Below, piece by piece: positions 27,816 to 41,903 of a stretch of DNA of 64,000 bases (positions are counted from its first letter, which is position 1; each line of letters begins with the position of its first letter). The notes below the pieces were generated by a model, which searched no databases, had not been told where the DNA came from, and saw only the letters and a list, made by a program, of their open reading frames with translations. Source of the stretch: Eledone cirrhosa (taxonomy: Eukaryota); the NCBI GenBank assembly GCA_964016885.1, contig OZ024746.1, forward strand, positions 61,814,001 to 61,878,000. The letters are read 5' to 3'. The position numbers and the translations under genes are program-made.

Positions 27816-28330
27816 GTCCTTCATCAGTGATCTTCCAACGATCATAGGCATTTCATCGCTTTAAAGACCATATACCTCCGGTTGGTGCGAGCAACGGCTA
27901 AAAAAAGTCGTTGGGACACGTAAATAAAGGGGACGCGAGTGTAAACAAACAAAATGGTGAAGCAACGAAAAGTGAGGAAGAAAGAGACAAATCCCAGATT
28001 TCTATGAATTTAAGTTCGGTGAAATCGTGAACGAGAGAAAATAAAGACCATCAAACCTGGTTGAAATGTGAGCAAGGAAGGAATTTCGCACAGGTCTAAC
28101 GGGAGGAAGAAGGGGTCTGGTATGCGAATTTCTTCCTCACTTTCTGTTGCTTCACCATTTTGTTTGTTTACCCTCGCGTCCCCTTTATTTACGTGTCCCA
28201 ACGACTTTTTTTAGCCGTTGCTCGCACCAACCGGAGGTATATGGTCTTTAAAGCGATGAAATGCCTATGATCGTTGGAAGATCACTGATGAAGGACAAAC
28301 TGTTTTCATATGTAACCCATTTGCAACTCC
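27816..28330 (+). mobile_element. Family G element: 168-bp inverted repeat (27816-27983 / 28129-28296) between long TA tracts
   Basis: Arms nearly identical; each carries an HHR-like core. Confidence 0.75.
28244..28296 (+). ncRNA. Type II-topology hammerhead-like motif
   Basis: GTCTT..GAAA-TGCC-TA-TGATC-GTTGGAA-GATCA-CTGATGA-AGGAC; perfect stem I hairpin, weak stem III. Confidence 0.5.
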
Positions 28331-28344
28331 ACAGCACCCTTATT

Positions 28345-28609
<265 letters not shown>

Positions 28610-28631
28610 TATATATAATATATATATATAT

Positions 28632-29007
<376 letters not shown>

Positions 29008-29061
29008 TATATATACACACACAGACACACACACATATTTATATATATGTATGTATATATG

Positions 29062-29097
<36 letters not shown>

Positions 29098-29358
29098 AAC
29101 AGAAAAAAATGAAACGAAATTTCATTTCTCACTCTTAGTACGGCTGTTACTTAAATATAAGTATGTATACGTACATACATATATGTATACAGACGGACAG
29201 TAGTATGTATATATATATATACATACATGTACACATATATATATATGTACGTATGGATTCACCGAACATTTATTATAATGCTCGGTGTGTTTGTAACAAA
29301 CATCCCGAATTAAGCCGTACAGTGTCTAGCAACCATCGTTGCTCATTTGTTCAACACA

Positions 29359-29389
<31 letters not shown>

Positions 29390-29585
29390 GTATGTATATA
29401 TATATATATATAGATAGGTAAATATACACGGGTGTGTATGATTGTGTATAGAAGATTATATTAATAAGAGGAATTTCAACTTTGTCTGATTTACTCGTTT
29501 TATTTACAATCCTTTAAAATATATATAATATAATATAGTATTATAATGAAATAGTATGATAGAATATTAAATTCTAAGTGTTAAT

Positions 29586-29624
29586 TGAACAAGTACTTTC
29601 ATGCTTTCGCAATCTTCAGGTTCA
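29586..29624 (-). ncRNA. Minimal type I hammerhead ribozyme in PLE pLTR
   Basis: TGAAC-CTGAAGA-TTGC GAAA GCAT-GAA-AGTACT-T-GTTCA; palindromic stem III typical of PLE dimeric HHRs. Confidence 0.85.
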
Positions 29625-29998
29625 TGATATGTGGTGACAGTCGAGTTTGCAATTTTCAACTGTAATGAGATGGGTAAATTTCCTACCTTTTATACATTTT
29701 ATACAGAGAAAAGTGGCTCCGGAATGCAAAGCCCTGTAAACTGTATTTCGACCAATCAGTGTGTAGTTTCACTGAATTACTACAGCTGATTGGTTTAAGC
29801 GTCACGGCTGGTTGAGCATGCTAACGACCAATAGTCATATCCAACGTATCAATTGTTTTGCTTTTTGAAATGATGAAAATAGCATTTTCTATTAATCATC
29901 ACCATCAACATCACTTTTATTATTATTATTATTATTGTTGTTGTTGTTGTTAGTGGTCGTGGTCATAGTGGTAGTAGAAGTAATACCCCTAGGCGTTA

Positions 29999-31640
29999 TT
30001 ATTGTTCATTTAGCTTGGGTTTGAATTTATCAATAAAATTCTTTTCTTTGATTTTTCTCTTGATTTCACTTGGGCTGTGTAATTTGTAGAATGGGAATAT
30101 TATAAATATTCCCTGACCACATGTTGCCAGGTGGCCGCTTAGGGGTATCTGACGGACATTTGGGTCTCTGATTTGTTGACGGTGTACCCGTGCACGTTCC
30201 GATAGTGCATTTTCAGTTTGACCGACATATAGTTCTTCACAATTCGGGCATTTAATGCAGTAAATTAGATTTCTGCTTTTGTAGTTCATATTTGCATTTG
30301 GGAATATTTTTCTAGTTTTTGTTTTCATATATTGACCGGCGTGTATGGATTGACATGTGCCGCATCGATTATCATTGCATTTAGATACAGTGAATGATTG
30401 GTCTTTGTTGTTAAGGTCAAACTTTGCTTTTGTTAGCAATTGCTTCAAATTTTTTGGCTGTCTTTTACTAAGAGTCAAAGATCGATCTGTGATTAAGCCT
30501 TTTAATTCATTACTTTGAGCAATGATCGGTAGGTTTGCTTTGGCAATGTTGAATATATTCTGGTGACATGGGTTGTGTGTCATTATAAATGGTATGACCA
30601 GTTCTTGGTTTCTTCTTCCTTGGGTTGTTCTAAGTTGTTGTATAGGTATTTTTATAGCCCGCTGTATGCCATTTTCTATAAGTAGAGATGGGTATTTTTG
30701 TTTGAGCAAAAATTCTCTTAGTTCTGTTAGGCGTTTGTACCTGGTATTCGTATCTTCTACAATGGTACAAATTCTTCTGGCTAGGCAGTATGGGATGTTG
30801 CGTTTTGTATGAGGTGGATGGCACGACTTAAAATTCAGATATTGATGGGTGTCTGTGTGTTTATAATATATATCCGTGGTAATGGTGGTGTCGTTTTTGA
30901 TTATCATTATATCTAGGAATGGTAATTTGGTCCTACTCATCTCTTTTGTGAATTGGAGAGATGGGTGTAGGTTATTCAGGAGGATATTGAATCCATCCAG
31001 AGTATCTAGAGATTCTGTCCAGATGATGAAACAGTCGTCAAGGTATCACTTCCAAGATTTTTCAATGTACTTTCTAAAGTCAGTACTTATATTTTTCCTC
31101 TATTTCTTGGTAGAGTTGTTGTTCTAAGTATCCCATTACAGAGTTCGCGTAAACGGGAGCAAACTTCGTTCCCATCGCTGTGCCTCTAATTTGGATGTAA
31201 TTCTTTCCATTGAAGAAGAAAGTGTTGTTTTCCAGAATAAGTTTAACTGCGTCTAATATAAATGGCGCTGTGAATCTAATGGGAATCACTTCTCTATGTT
31301 TTTCCACCCAGTATTTAACCGCCTTTATTCCTAAATCATGTGTAATGTTGGTGTAAAGCCTTACCACATCAAAACTGAGTAGAAGTGAATTCGTTTCCGT
31401 GGTTTTGGGAAGATGGGACAGGAAGTCGATATCATCCCGGATGAAACTGGGTATGTGAATACATAGTGGTTTCAAAATAATGTCAACAAAATTGCTTAGA
31501 CGGTGAGTGGGGCATGTTGGACTAGCTATAATAGGTCTAAGTTTTAAGTCTTTTGGGTGTAATAATTTAATGTACTCACTGTTTTGTTCTCTTACTGCCA
31601 GTTGCATTTCTTTTGACTTGTGAACTTTCGGTAGGCCATA
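29999..31640 (-). pseudogene. PLE reverse transcriptase-GIY-YIG endonuclease pseudogene
   Basis: [44 protein letters not shown] (frameshift ~31095, TGA ~31047), LPFLD, SCHP, CNDNRCGTC, NLIYCIKCPNC..YVGQT. Confidence 0.93.
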
Positions 31641-31738
31641 TGTATGTATATATGCATGTATGCACATATGCACTTATATATATTTGTGTATAGGTATGCA
31701 TATAATACATACACAGAGAGAAATATATATATATATAT

Positions 31739-31788
<50 letters not shown>

Positions 31789-31841
31789 CTCTGTGTGTGT
31801 GTATATATATGCACATATATATATATGTATATATATGTATA

Positions 31842-31916
<75 letters not shown>

Positions 31917-31920
<4 letters not shown>

Positions 31921-32665
31921 GTTAACATATACATAAAGTTATAGATATATATATGTTGCAACTGTTCACTTTTAAGCTCTATGAAGAATTAATAAATAAA
32001 AAAATCATAGCATTATATCATAAATCATGTCTTTAGACTTATCAGATAATAAAATTGCAACATATATATATCTATAACTTTATGTATATGTTAACCTTTA
32101 TATTTAATAATCTCCCAATAGGTTGAGATTAAATTTGGCAATATTTGGCTGCGCTTTCTAGCAGCAAGCCTACCCGCCGTAAGCAACCAATCACATTCTT
32201 TCTCTCTGGCTTGAACACAGCCACATAGCGATTTTTAGCCATTTTTGAATCTAATTTTGGCGGGATCGGATTGAAAAACTAGATGTCTGATTTTGAGTTT
32301 GTCTCCTGATGAATCCTAACTCAGGACATTCCTATTATTTGGATGTCCAAAATAAGGAAGAAACCATGGTAGAGATATAATTACGGTATGTGCGCATTTC
32401 TTCTAAGTTTAATTTTACAACTAATTGTGTATGGTTGATGGTATATTTAGTCAGTTTCTACATGCTGTCGAAATGTTGGATAAATACTCGACTGGGGCCG
32501 CCGCGAAGAGGCTACGTTCGGTTATTTGTCGGAGATTTCCCCATAAGAGCATTTATTCTTATAGCTTGTTCTGATTGATTTTTTATATGGTTAATTATGC
32601 TAATTAGAAGAAGAAATAGTATATATTTTATTATCTGATGATTCTAAAGACATGATTTATGATAT
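31917..32665 (+). mobile_element. HHR-bearing element family B copy 1 (~660-nt unit); inverted segment spans the end-to-start junction
   Basis: 31917-31961 inverts 32056-32100; 32014-32054 inverts 32626-32665; TA tracts both sides. Confidence 0.8.
32301..32376 (+). ncRNA. Type I hammerhead ribozyme with extended stem II
   Basis: GTCTC-CTGATGA-ATCCT..AGGAA-GAAAC-CATG-GTA-GAGAT; predicted cleavage after 32371. Confidence 0.8.
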
Positions 32666-32758
32666 ATATATATATATATATTTTCAGGTTATGTAACTGT
32701 TATTGAAACACGTGTCAATAAATTCCTTTTAACTGAACTGTATCCATTTAAATCCTTC

Positions 32759-32813
<55 letters not shown>

Positions 32814-32975
32814 TTATATATATATATTCATATATATAGGGGGTTCATTCTAGTGACATGGCTTAAAAGTGGCTTGTTTACATAATTGCAAACAAATCGA
32901 ATATTATTATTATTAATATTCGAAAAACTCAGATTAAATTTATTTTATTCAGCCATGTAGATCGATAACGCTTTG

Positions 32976-33054
<79 letters not shown>

Positions 33055-33118
33055 TATAAGTATATATATATGTATATATTTATATGTATATATATGTATA
33101 TATATATATATATGTTTA

Positions 33119-33212
<94 letters not shown>

Positions 33213-33229
33213 AATATATATATATATAT

Positions 33230-33262
<33 letters not shown>

Positions 33263-33439
33263 TTATATAAATATATATATAAATATATATCAATATATAT
33301 ATCAATATATATAAATATACATAAATAAATATATATATATATATGAATATATATATATATATATAATATATATAAATATATATGAATATATATATATATA
33401 TATATATATAAATGTTTACATATATATATACAACACATA

Positions 33440-34223
33440 CATATACGTGTTTTGCAACTGGTCACTTTTTGGCTCAATGAAAAATTAATAAATTAAACAC
33501 CCAGAGCTATATATCATAAAACATGTCTATAGAATCACAAGATAAAATATATACTATTTCCTCTCCCAATTAGCATAATTAACTATATAAAAAATCGAAT
33601 AGACCAGGCTATACGAATGAGGCTTCTATGAAGGAATCTCCAACAAATAACCAAAACTAGCGCTTCGCGTCGGCCGCATTGGAATATTTATCGAATATTT
33701 CGACATCGTAATCGCCTAGATACAGTCAACTAAGCAGAATTAGGTTTAAAATAAACTAGGAGAAAATAGAATACACTTAAATACCTCTACCATGGTTTCG
33801 TCCGTGTTTTGAGTTATCCAATAATTATGTAATAATTATATAAACTCGAGCGCCGGATTCTTCAGGAAGCTCGCTCATATCTAGACATTAAATTTTCCAA
33901 AACGATCGCGCCAAGAATTCATTTCAAAATGGCTAAAAATTGTGACGTAGTCGCGGTCAAGTTGGAAGGGGTGTGGTAGTTGCTTACGACTGGTGGCACT
34001 TTTGCTAGAAAGCACAGCACAATACAGCCAAATTTGTGTCTCAACCTAGTGGGAGATTATTACATATAAAAGTTTACATCTAGGCGATTACGCTGTCGAA
34101 ATATTCGATAAATATTCCAATGCGGCCGACGCGAAGCGCTAGTTTTGGTTATTTGTTAGAGATTCCTTCATAGAAACCTCATTCGTATAGCCTGGTCTAT
34201 TCGATTTTTTATATAGTTAATTA
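33440..34223 (-). mobile_element. Family B copy 2 (divergent), with 5' fold-back (33576-33721 / 34077-34223)
   Basis: Colinear homology to 31917-32665 on the opposite strand. Confidence 0.8.
33784..33869 (-). ncRNA. Type I hammerhead ribozyme with extended stem II
   Basis: CTTC-CTGAAGA-ATCCG..CGGAC-GAAAC-CATG-GTA-GAGG. Confidence 0.8.
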
Positions 34224-34225
34224 AT

Positions 34226-34441
34226 GACTGTCACCACACAATGTGAACCTGAAGATTGCGAAAGCATGAAAGTACTTGTTCAATTAACACTCAACATTTA
34301 ATATTCTACCATACTATTTTCATTCTAATACCATTATAAATTTTAAAGGATTGTAAATAAAACGAGTAAATCAGACAAAGTTGGAATTCCTTTTATTAAT
34401 ATAATCTTCTATACACAATCATACACACCCGTGTATATTTA
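34226..34441 (+). mobile_element. Inverted copy of the Neptune pLTR, with HHR at 34244-34282
   Basis: Reverse complement of 29419-29642 with a few substitutions/indels; HHR identical. Confidence 0.85.
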
Positions 34442-34452
34442 TTTATATATAT

Positions 34453-34502
<50 letters not shown>

Positions 34503-34519
34503 GGGGGGGGGCGTGTGTG

Positions 34520-34800
34520 AAGTAACTTCTTGACTAGAATGTGGTCCAGCTGGTGTCAGTGCTTTGAGCTTAGGTGTCTCCAGGAAACCTTGTGCGGCTT
34601 GGTGCGGTAGTGGGGGTTGGTGATGTAAAGGTGATAAGTGCACAGCTCAAGAAGCCGCTGTCCATTGTCATTCATTTTCCTCACACCAAACTGTCCAAGG
34701 CAGGAGGGCCATGAGTCATGAGCTGCATCCACTCTGGCATCGAAATCCCCAAGGAGAATGAGTTGTTCGCTGTTGGGGAACTTGTAAGCAGCCTTAAAGA
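34520..34800 (-). mobile_element. RTE-type APE endonuclease fragment
   Basis: EQLILLGDFDARV..LGQFGVRKMNDNGQRLLELC. Confidence 0.8.
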
Positions 34801-35086
34801 TCCCAAGGTCGATATCAACTATTTTGGTGACCCCTGTCCATGACTGTGTTGATGAAAATATCTTGATCTGAGTTCACACATCCGATGAGCAGATCGAAAT
34901 TGGAGACAAGTTTATCACATCGATAAAGACCTCGAGCCAATCATCTTTGAAGCATATGTAACGTTCGACATGCAACACAAATATTTTAAAATGAAAATTC
35001 ATTTTACACACACGCACACGCACACACACACACACGAACACACACACGCACACACACACACGCACACACACACACACATATCGACA

Positions 35087-35287
35087 GTCTATCGACTTCC
35101 GTCAAATCGGACCGAGGAAACTATGTTTCCATTGGTCTTTCCAATTGCTAATACTTTCTATCGGTCGCAACTACAAGTAGAAAGAAATAAAGAGTCTTGT
35201 TCAAGGACATAACGCATCACCCGGTCCAGAAATCGAACTCACAACCTCACGAATCCAATTCTCTTACAACTCAGCCATGTGCCTTCA
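35087..35287 (-). mobile_element. tRNA-derived SINE family 2
   Basis: Matches 47330-47542 and 55892-56095. Confidence 0.75.
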
Positions 35288-35529
35288 CACACATATATAA
35301 TTAGCCTTTATTGTCTATTTTATACTCCGTTTACTGACTTATTTACTTATATATTTTTGTAGATATCTGGGATCGATGAGGCACCAACATTATGCTTTCC
35401 AGCATAGTTACGTCCCTTTACGGTCTGAGTTCAAATTCCGTCGAGGTTAACTTTGCCGTCGAGGTTAAAGTACCAGTAATGTACTGAGTAATTGCTGGCC
35501 TTGTGCCAAAAAGTAGAAACAATTATCTT

Positions 35530-35990
35530 ATTTTGGTGAAGCCTTGCTGTCCGACGTTCAAGAAGGAGTTAATCGTTGATGTGGCGATGTTCAAAGTACC
35601 TGATTTCGTTCTAGCACAGTCATTTTGATCAGATAATTACTGATCCTTCCCTGTCGTTTGTTAGAAAGTCATATGACTTAAGTTTAGACTTTAAGACGTC
35701 CTTATACCTCTTTGTCAACGCCGATGTTTTGTTAGTTTCCCTGATGAGAGCCTTTTTTTATTCGTCTGTTTTTCGTTCAACATATGTCCTCCCAGCTCTA
35801 TCGTTCCACCAACGTGATTTATCGAGATTTTATTATTCAAAGTGCAATTATCTATATTTTCAATGCTCATTTCGTTTTGAAGCCTATTTTTCCATGTCAT
35901 GGGTTTCTTAGATCTCTCATTACATTTCTCTCTAGTTATCTTGGTTTTCATCAATCGCCTTTGTGAGTGAGAGAACTTTATTCCACATAC
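35530..35990 (-). mobile_element. Possible degenerate N-terminal fragment of an RLE-type LINE
   Basis: KPMTWKNRLQNE and RRTARLHQN-like basic segments; multiple stops. Confidence 0.3.
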
Positions 35991-36698
35991 CACTGCTATA
36001 AATGGAACTTAAGGGGTAGTCCACTCCGTTGTTCCCGCGGACAGCCTCCACCCCACTGGAGCTGACAAATGATAAATAGAGCTTGGGTTCCTTCTTATCT
36101 GTACTGTTAAATAACAGTTGTGTTAAGTGTCTCGCAATTTAATGAGATACCGCAAATTTTCTAGAATCCACTATAAGCAAAATAGATTGGCGACTTTAGT
36201 TAACTTCTGGTTTGTGTTTGCTATAAAAAGTTGTATGATATAGGTTCAATCGGTGGGTGAAAGAGTAAAAATATTTGTCTTCAGAAAAAGCAGCCTAAAT
36301 AAACTAACTATAAAACATATAAAGGTAGTCTCTACATTTTTCTGTGTATTGAAGAGAATAGCAAAACTGTATTTACATTCTTCAAATTGTAAATATATTC
36401 CGCCCATTCGCATTCACATTTATTTACACACTCGACTTACTGAATACATTTATGAGATCGCGCTTGACGGATTTACGTTGGATAATGGGGTCATCGGCCC
36501 AATGCAGATAGAAATAGAAAGGGTTGGTCATGACTGGAATGTCTTTCCTTACATTTCTGCTTGTTCAGCGTTAATCTGGGGTTAAATAATAAAGATACTA
36601 CGCCACACACACAATTCGTATTATGTACATATCCAAAAAACACAAGAAGCATATACACATACACAATAAAACACACACACACACACACGCACACACGC

Positions 36699-36777
<79 letters not shown>

Positions 36778-37129
36778 GAATTTAGAGCTAATTTAATGTT
36801 TACAGTACGTTACATAATCCAACGCACGTTTTTTAGTGTGAAAAATAGTCACGTTGAGCATATAAAGTGGACAAGTTCACCCGTTTGGTAGCACAACCAC
36901 ACAGTATTTAGCAGGGGTTAATTCAAGTCTCACCAGTTACGCTGTCCACTTTTCCCCCTTTCAGTATATACACTATACTCAGTTGTGAAAATCACCAGGG
37001 CTTTCTTAATGATTTCTATTGAATGAAACAGGTCTAGTCCTGTAGAAGTTTCTATATTAAGTATAATGTTTATACTCTACTAATGTATTGAGTACTTTCC
37101 TTACTGTGGTTATCCCCGGTTGAACCAGA

Positions 37130-37179
<50 letters not shown>

Positions 37180-37221
37180 TGTATATATATGTATATGTTT
37201 ATATGTATGTATGTGTATATG

Positions 37222-37316
<95 letters not shown>

Positions 37317-37326
37317 TTGTATGAAA

Positions 37327-37495
37327 GAGTCGGGACCCCGACAGCTGAGCTCCTGCCGTTTCAAAAACCAGTTCCGGTCGGAGCTCAGCCGTCGGGTTCC
37401 CGACTATTTCATATAACCATACTCTACTGCACTAAGTATTGAGTACTCTGGTGAGTAACGGTGTAACCTGTTTCTTACTGTATCCATCTTGATTT
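37327..37495 (+). mobile_element. Divergent family D copy with 5' fold-back
   Basis: GAGCTCAGCCGTCGGG..CTAAGTATTGAGTACT blocks; IR 37328-37352/37381-37405. Confidence 0.6.
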
Positions 37496-37619
37496 ATATA
37501 TATATTGCCTGGTTGTAGTCACCAGTGGTGACTTTTTGAGGCTGAAGAATGAAGCAAAATCAATTTCCGGAAACTCTGAGTACTTTAGTAGGTATACGCC
37601 AGTTAGCCATATATTTTAT

Positions 37620-37681
<62 letters not shown>

Positions 37682-37685
<4 letters not shown>

Positions 37686-38121
37686 TACTTGGGGAGGGTC
37701 ATATTTGTGTAATATTGCCAGAATTAATAACAGAACACACTCACTGTTTGGTTGGTTTTCGCTTCTCGCTTCTGTGTCTTTTATATCGGTAATCTAACTT
37801 ACTCGGTCCTCAATGTTGCCATTGACTGACCGACGGTCAAAAATAATACAGATACAATATAGACACAAACACATATATATAGTTTATCATAAATCTTTCG
37901 CATCTGCACATCTGCAACATCGTCAGTGGTGCTATAATTTCCTCCTGTTGTATTGTATGTCTACGCCATTTTTATTCAGTCTGAAAACCAACCAAACAGT
38001 GAGTGTGTTCTGTTATTAATTCTGGCAATATTACACAAATATGACCCTCCCCAAGTATAACAATATTTGTTTCGACACACGATTTCATATAAAAAACCTC
38101 GCAAAACTAATTCATCGCCGC
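37682..38121. mobile_element. Family F element with terminal inverted duplication, in TA tracts
   Basis: 37682-37760 inverts ~37985-38061; near-identical to 51563-51910. Confidence 0.75.
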
Positions 38122-38145
38122 TATATATATATATATATATATATA

Positions 38146-38665
38146 TATTAGTATTGGTGCTCTGAAATAGCGATATATACATGAATGTATGTATAGTATA
38201 TTTGGCAATATACTGTATGTTTAATTAAAAACATTTAGAAGACCATTCGCTATCAGTTTTAAAGTAGTAACTATGTCACTTACTTATTTTTTCGGCAAAG
38301 GCTGGGAGAGAGGCTGACAGCTGTTTCTCGCTGCTTGGCTTTTATCAAAGCCACGCACTCACCTGCCTTTGTCAAAAATTATGGAAGCTGGATTCTTATC
38401 GAATTTCAGTAATAATCCACTAATACCTCATTTTTGCTGGACCGGCAATCGCTCTGTGTGATCAGCTCCTGATTATTATTGGGATTCTATAAGAATCCAG
38501 CCTCAATAACTTTCGGCAAAGGCAGGTGAGTGCGTAGCTTTAATAAAAGCCAAGCAGCGAGAAACAGCTGTCAGCCTCTCTCCCAGCCTTTGCCGAAAAT
38601 ATAAGTAAGTGACATAGTTACTACTTTAAAACTGATAGCGAATGATCTTCTAAACGTTTTCAATG
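38146..38665. mobile_element. Family E copy 2: ~200-bp fold-back with two decayed HHRs (38312-38352 minus, 38536-38576 plus)
   Basis: GGCT-TTGATAA..GCGA-GAAAC-AGCT-GTC-AGCC; inverted arm begins at the unit junction TAATACCT. Confidence 0.7.
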
Positions 38666-38942
38666 AAACATACGATATATTCCTATATATATATCGTCTT
38701 TGAATTTGTTTTGCAAGATTTCTTATCTCTGAAAGCGTGTGTTGAAACAGATACTGTTATACTTGGGGGGGGGGGGGGGGGGGGGGATCACGTTGCTAAT
38801 AAAAGAAAAACGCATCTGTTGGATTTCACTTCAATTTATTATAAATTTTCGGTTGGTTGGTTGGTTGGTTGGTTGGTTGGTTGGCTGATTCAATAACCAG
38901 ATGCTTGTTTATATTGTCAAAGCTCTTTCGTGATATCGTCGG

Positions 38943-39195
38943 CGATGATGATGATGATGTTTACGATGATGATGATGATGATGACGACGGTGAGGATGTT
39001 AACGATGAGGATGTTAATGATGATGATGATGATGATGATGTCGACGGTGAGGATGTTAACGATGAGGATGTTAATGATGATGATGATGATGTCGACGGTG
39101 AGGATGTTAACGATGAGGATGTTAATGGTGATGATGATGATGTCGACGGCGATGATTATTATAACGATGACGATGATGTTAATGATGATGATGAA
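38943..39195. repeat. (GAT)n-derived higher-order repeat
   Basis: GACGGTGAGGATGTTAACGATGAGGATGTTAAT(GAT)n x3. Confidence 0.85.
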
Positions 39196-39207
39196 GGATA
39201 TTAATAA

Positions 39208-39612
39208 TGGTTTCTTATTTAAGCACAAGGCCAGCAATTTTTTTTTTGGGGGGGGGAGTGAAAGTCGATTAAATCGACCCCAGTGCGTGACTGGTACTTA
39301 ATGCTATCGACCGCGTAAGGATGAAAGGCAAATTTAACCTCGGCAGGATTTGAGCTTAGAACGTAAAGGGCAGTAACTCTATGCTACGAACCGTGTTGTC
39401 CTTTCCTTATAATAATTGTTTCTACTTTTGGCACCAGGCCAGCAATACCCCAGTGCATTACTGGTACTTTATTTTATCGACCCCGCAAGGATGAAAGGCT
39501 AAGATAACTTCGGCGGGGTTTGAACTCAGAATAACTTTAATCGTAAAGGGCCATAACTCTATGCTACAAAGCATGGTGTCCAACGCCCTACCAATACTGC
39601 TAATCCACCGCC
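39208..39612 (-). mobile_element. Two tandem family-1 SINEs
   Basis: Same motifs as other copies. Confidence 0.8.
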
Positions 39613-39988
39613 CAATAATAATAATGATGATGATGATGATGGTGGTGGTGGCGATGTTAATGAAAATGGCGATGAGGAGGAGGCGGAGAAGTGAAATAAA
39701 GAGTAGAAAGGAAGGAGAAGAAAGAAAAGAAGAAGTGGTAAAACTAGAATAGTAATTAGAGGGGTAGAATTGGGGTAGGGGAGGTGTAGGGGAGAATGGT
39801 GTAGGGGGCCGGGTAGGACAGGGTAGGGGGTGTTGGGATAAGGAAACAGTTAATAATTAGTGTATAAATAATATATAAACATTTTATATAGAGGTAGGTT
39901 GGTTTTTTAATTAGGGGATGTAGATTGGGTAGATCTGGCTGGGGGACCGGAAGGAGACTGGTGTAGTTATATCTAGTGGAGTTGTTGG

Positions 39989-40020
<32 letters not shown>

Positions 40021-40079
40021 GTGCTGTTGTTGTTTCCTTGCTGTGACTGTGGTTGAGTGATCGCAGTTTGAGGTCGTTC

Positions 40080-41143
<1,064 letters not shown>

Positions 41144-41903
41144 TTTCTTCGTATCTTCATATCTTCGTGCATCGTTTAAACGCCAATTACGTACAATCGA
41201 CAATAAAATCCTATCTTATCTATTCAACAAGGACCTATCTTTTGTTACTGTGCTTAGCAGTGACTAGTTGTGGTTTAGGAAGTGGTTAAATTTGAGCTGT
41301 GGTGGCCGTAAGTGAGTGATCCCTAACAAATTATTGTGAAGTCTATATGACACTTGAGCTACGGTCGTTGCTGTTGTTGTTTAAGCTGACATGCGATTAA
41401 AGACGTTTTAGCGGCAGCCAACTAGTCTTTGTTTTTATTTTCAGACATAATGTACCTATGGTCTCCTATGATTTGTAGGAGGCATGGTAGTTATGGAACA
41501 ACGTAGAAACTCTTTGGTTTGTTCAGCTGTGGTTGTTGCAACTAAGTGATAGTGTTTGTGGATGACGTGTGACACATGGTCGGAGATTATGGATGGTGTT
41601 TTGAAATTTAAACTGCAAATGTTAAAAGAGGGGAAGAGCTATAAACTGTAATAGTTGATGATGATGATATGTAAAGTAAACAGTGGGAAAAAGTAGAAGT
41701 ATGTTTGTTGAGAGAGGAAGGACTGAAATGCATGACATTTGAGCAGTGGTTGTGTTGGCTGGATGAAATAAGATCTCTTTATGAAACATATGCTTGAAAT
41801 ATGATCTGTGATTATGTTAGGCAGGAAAGAATCGAGTTATAAAGGTTGATGGTGGATTTCTATTATTTGTGGATTAAATCGCGGCTAATAAAACACTGTA
41901 AAC

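Larger units (their letters stand above)
29419..31640 (-). mobile_element. Penelope-like element (Neptune type), 5'-truncated, with 3' pLTR
   Basis: RT + Zn-finger + GIY-YIG coding region followed by an HHR-containing terminal repeat; ends abut TA/ATGT microsatellites. Confidence 0.92.

Noticed and set aside
31045-31050. In-frame TGA before YLDD as selenocysteine recoding
   Set aside because: Position is the conserved Arg (CGA to TGA transition) and a frameshift lies nearby
35738-35790. CTGATGAG as another hammerhead core
   Set aside because: No downstream GAAA or paired stems
38857-39301. Acidic Asp-rich / Met-rich ORFs
   Set aside because: (GAT)n repeat running into a SINE
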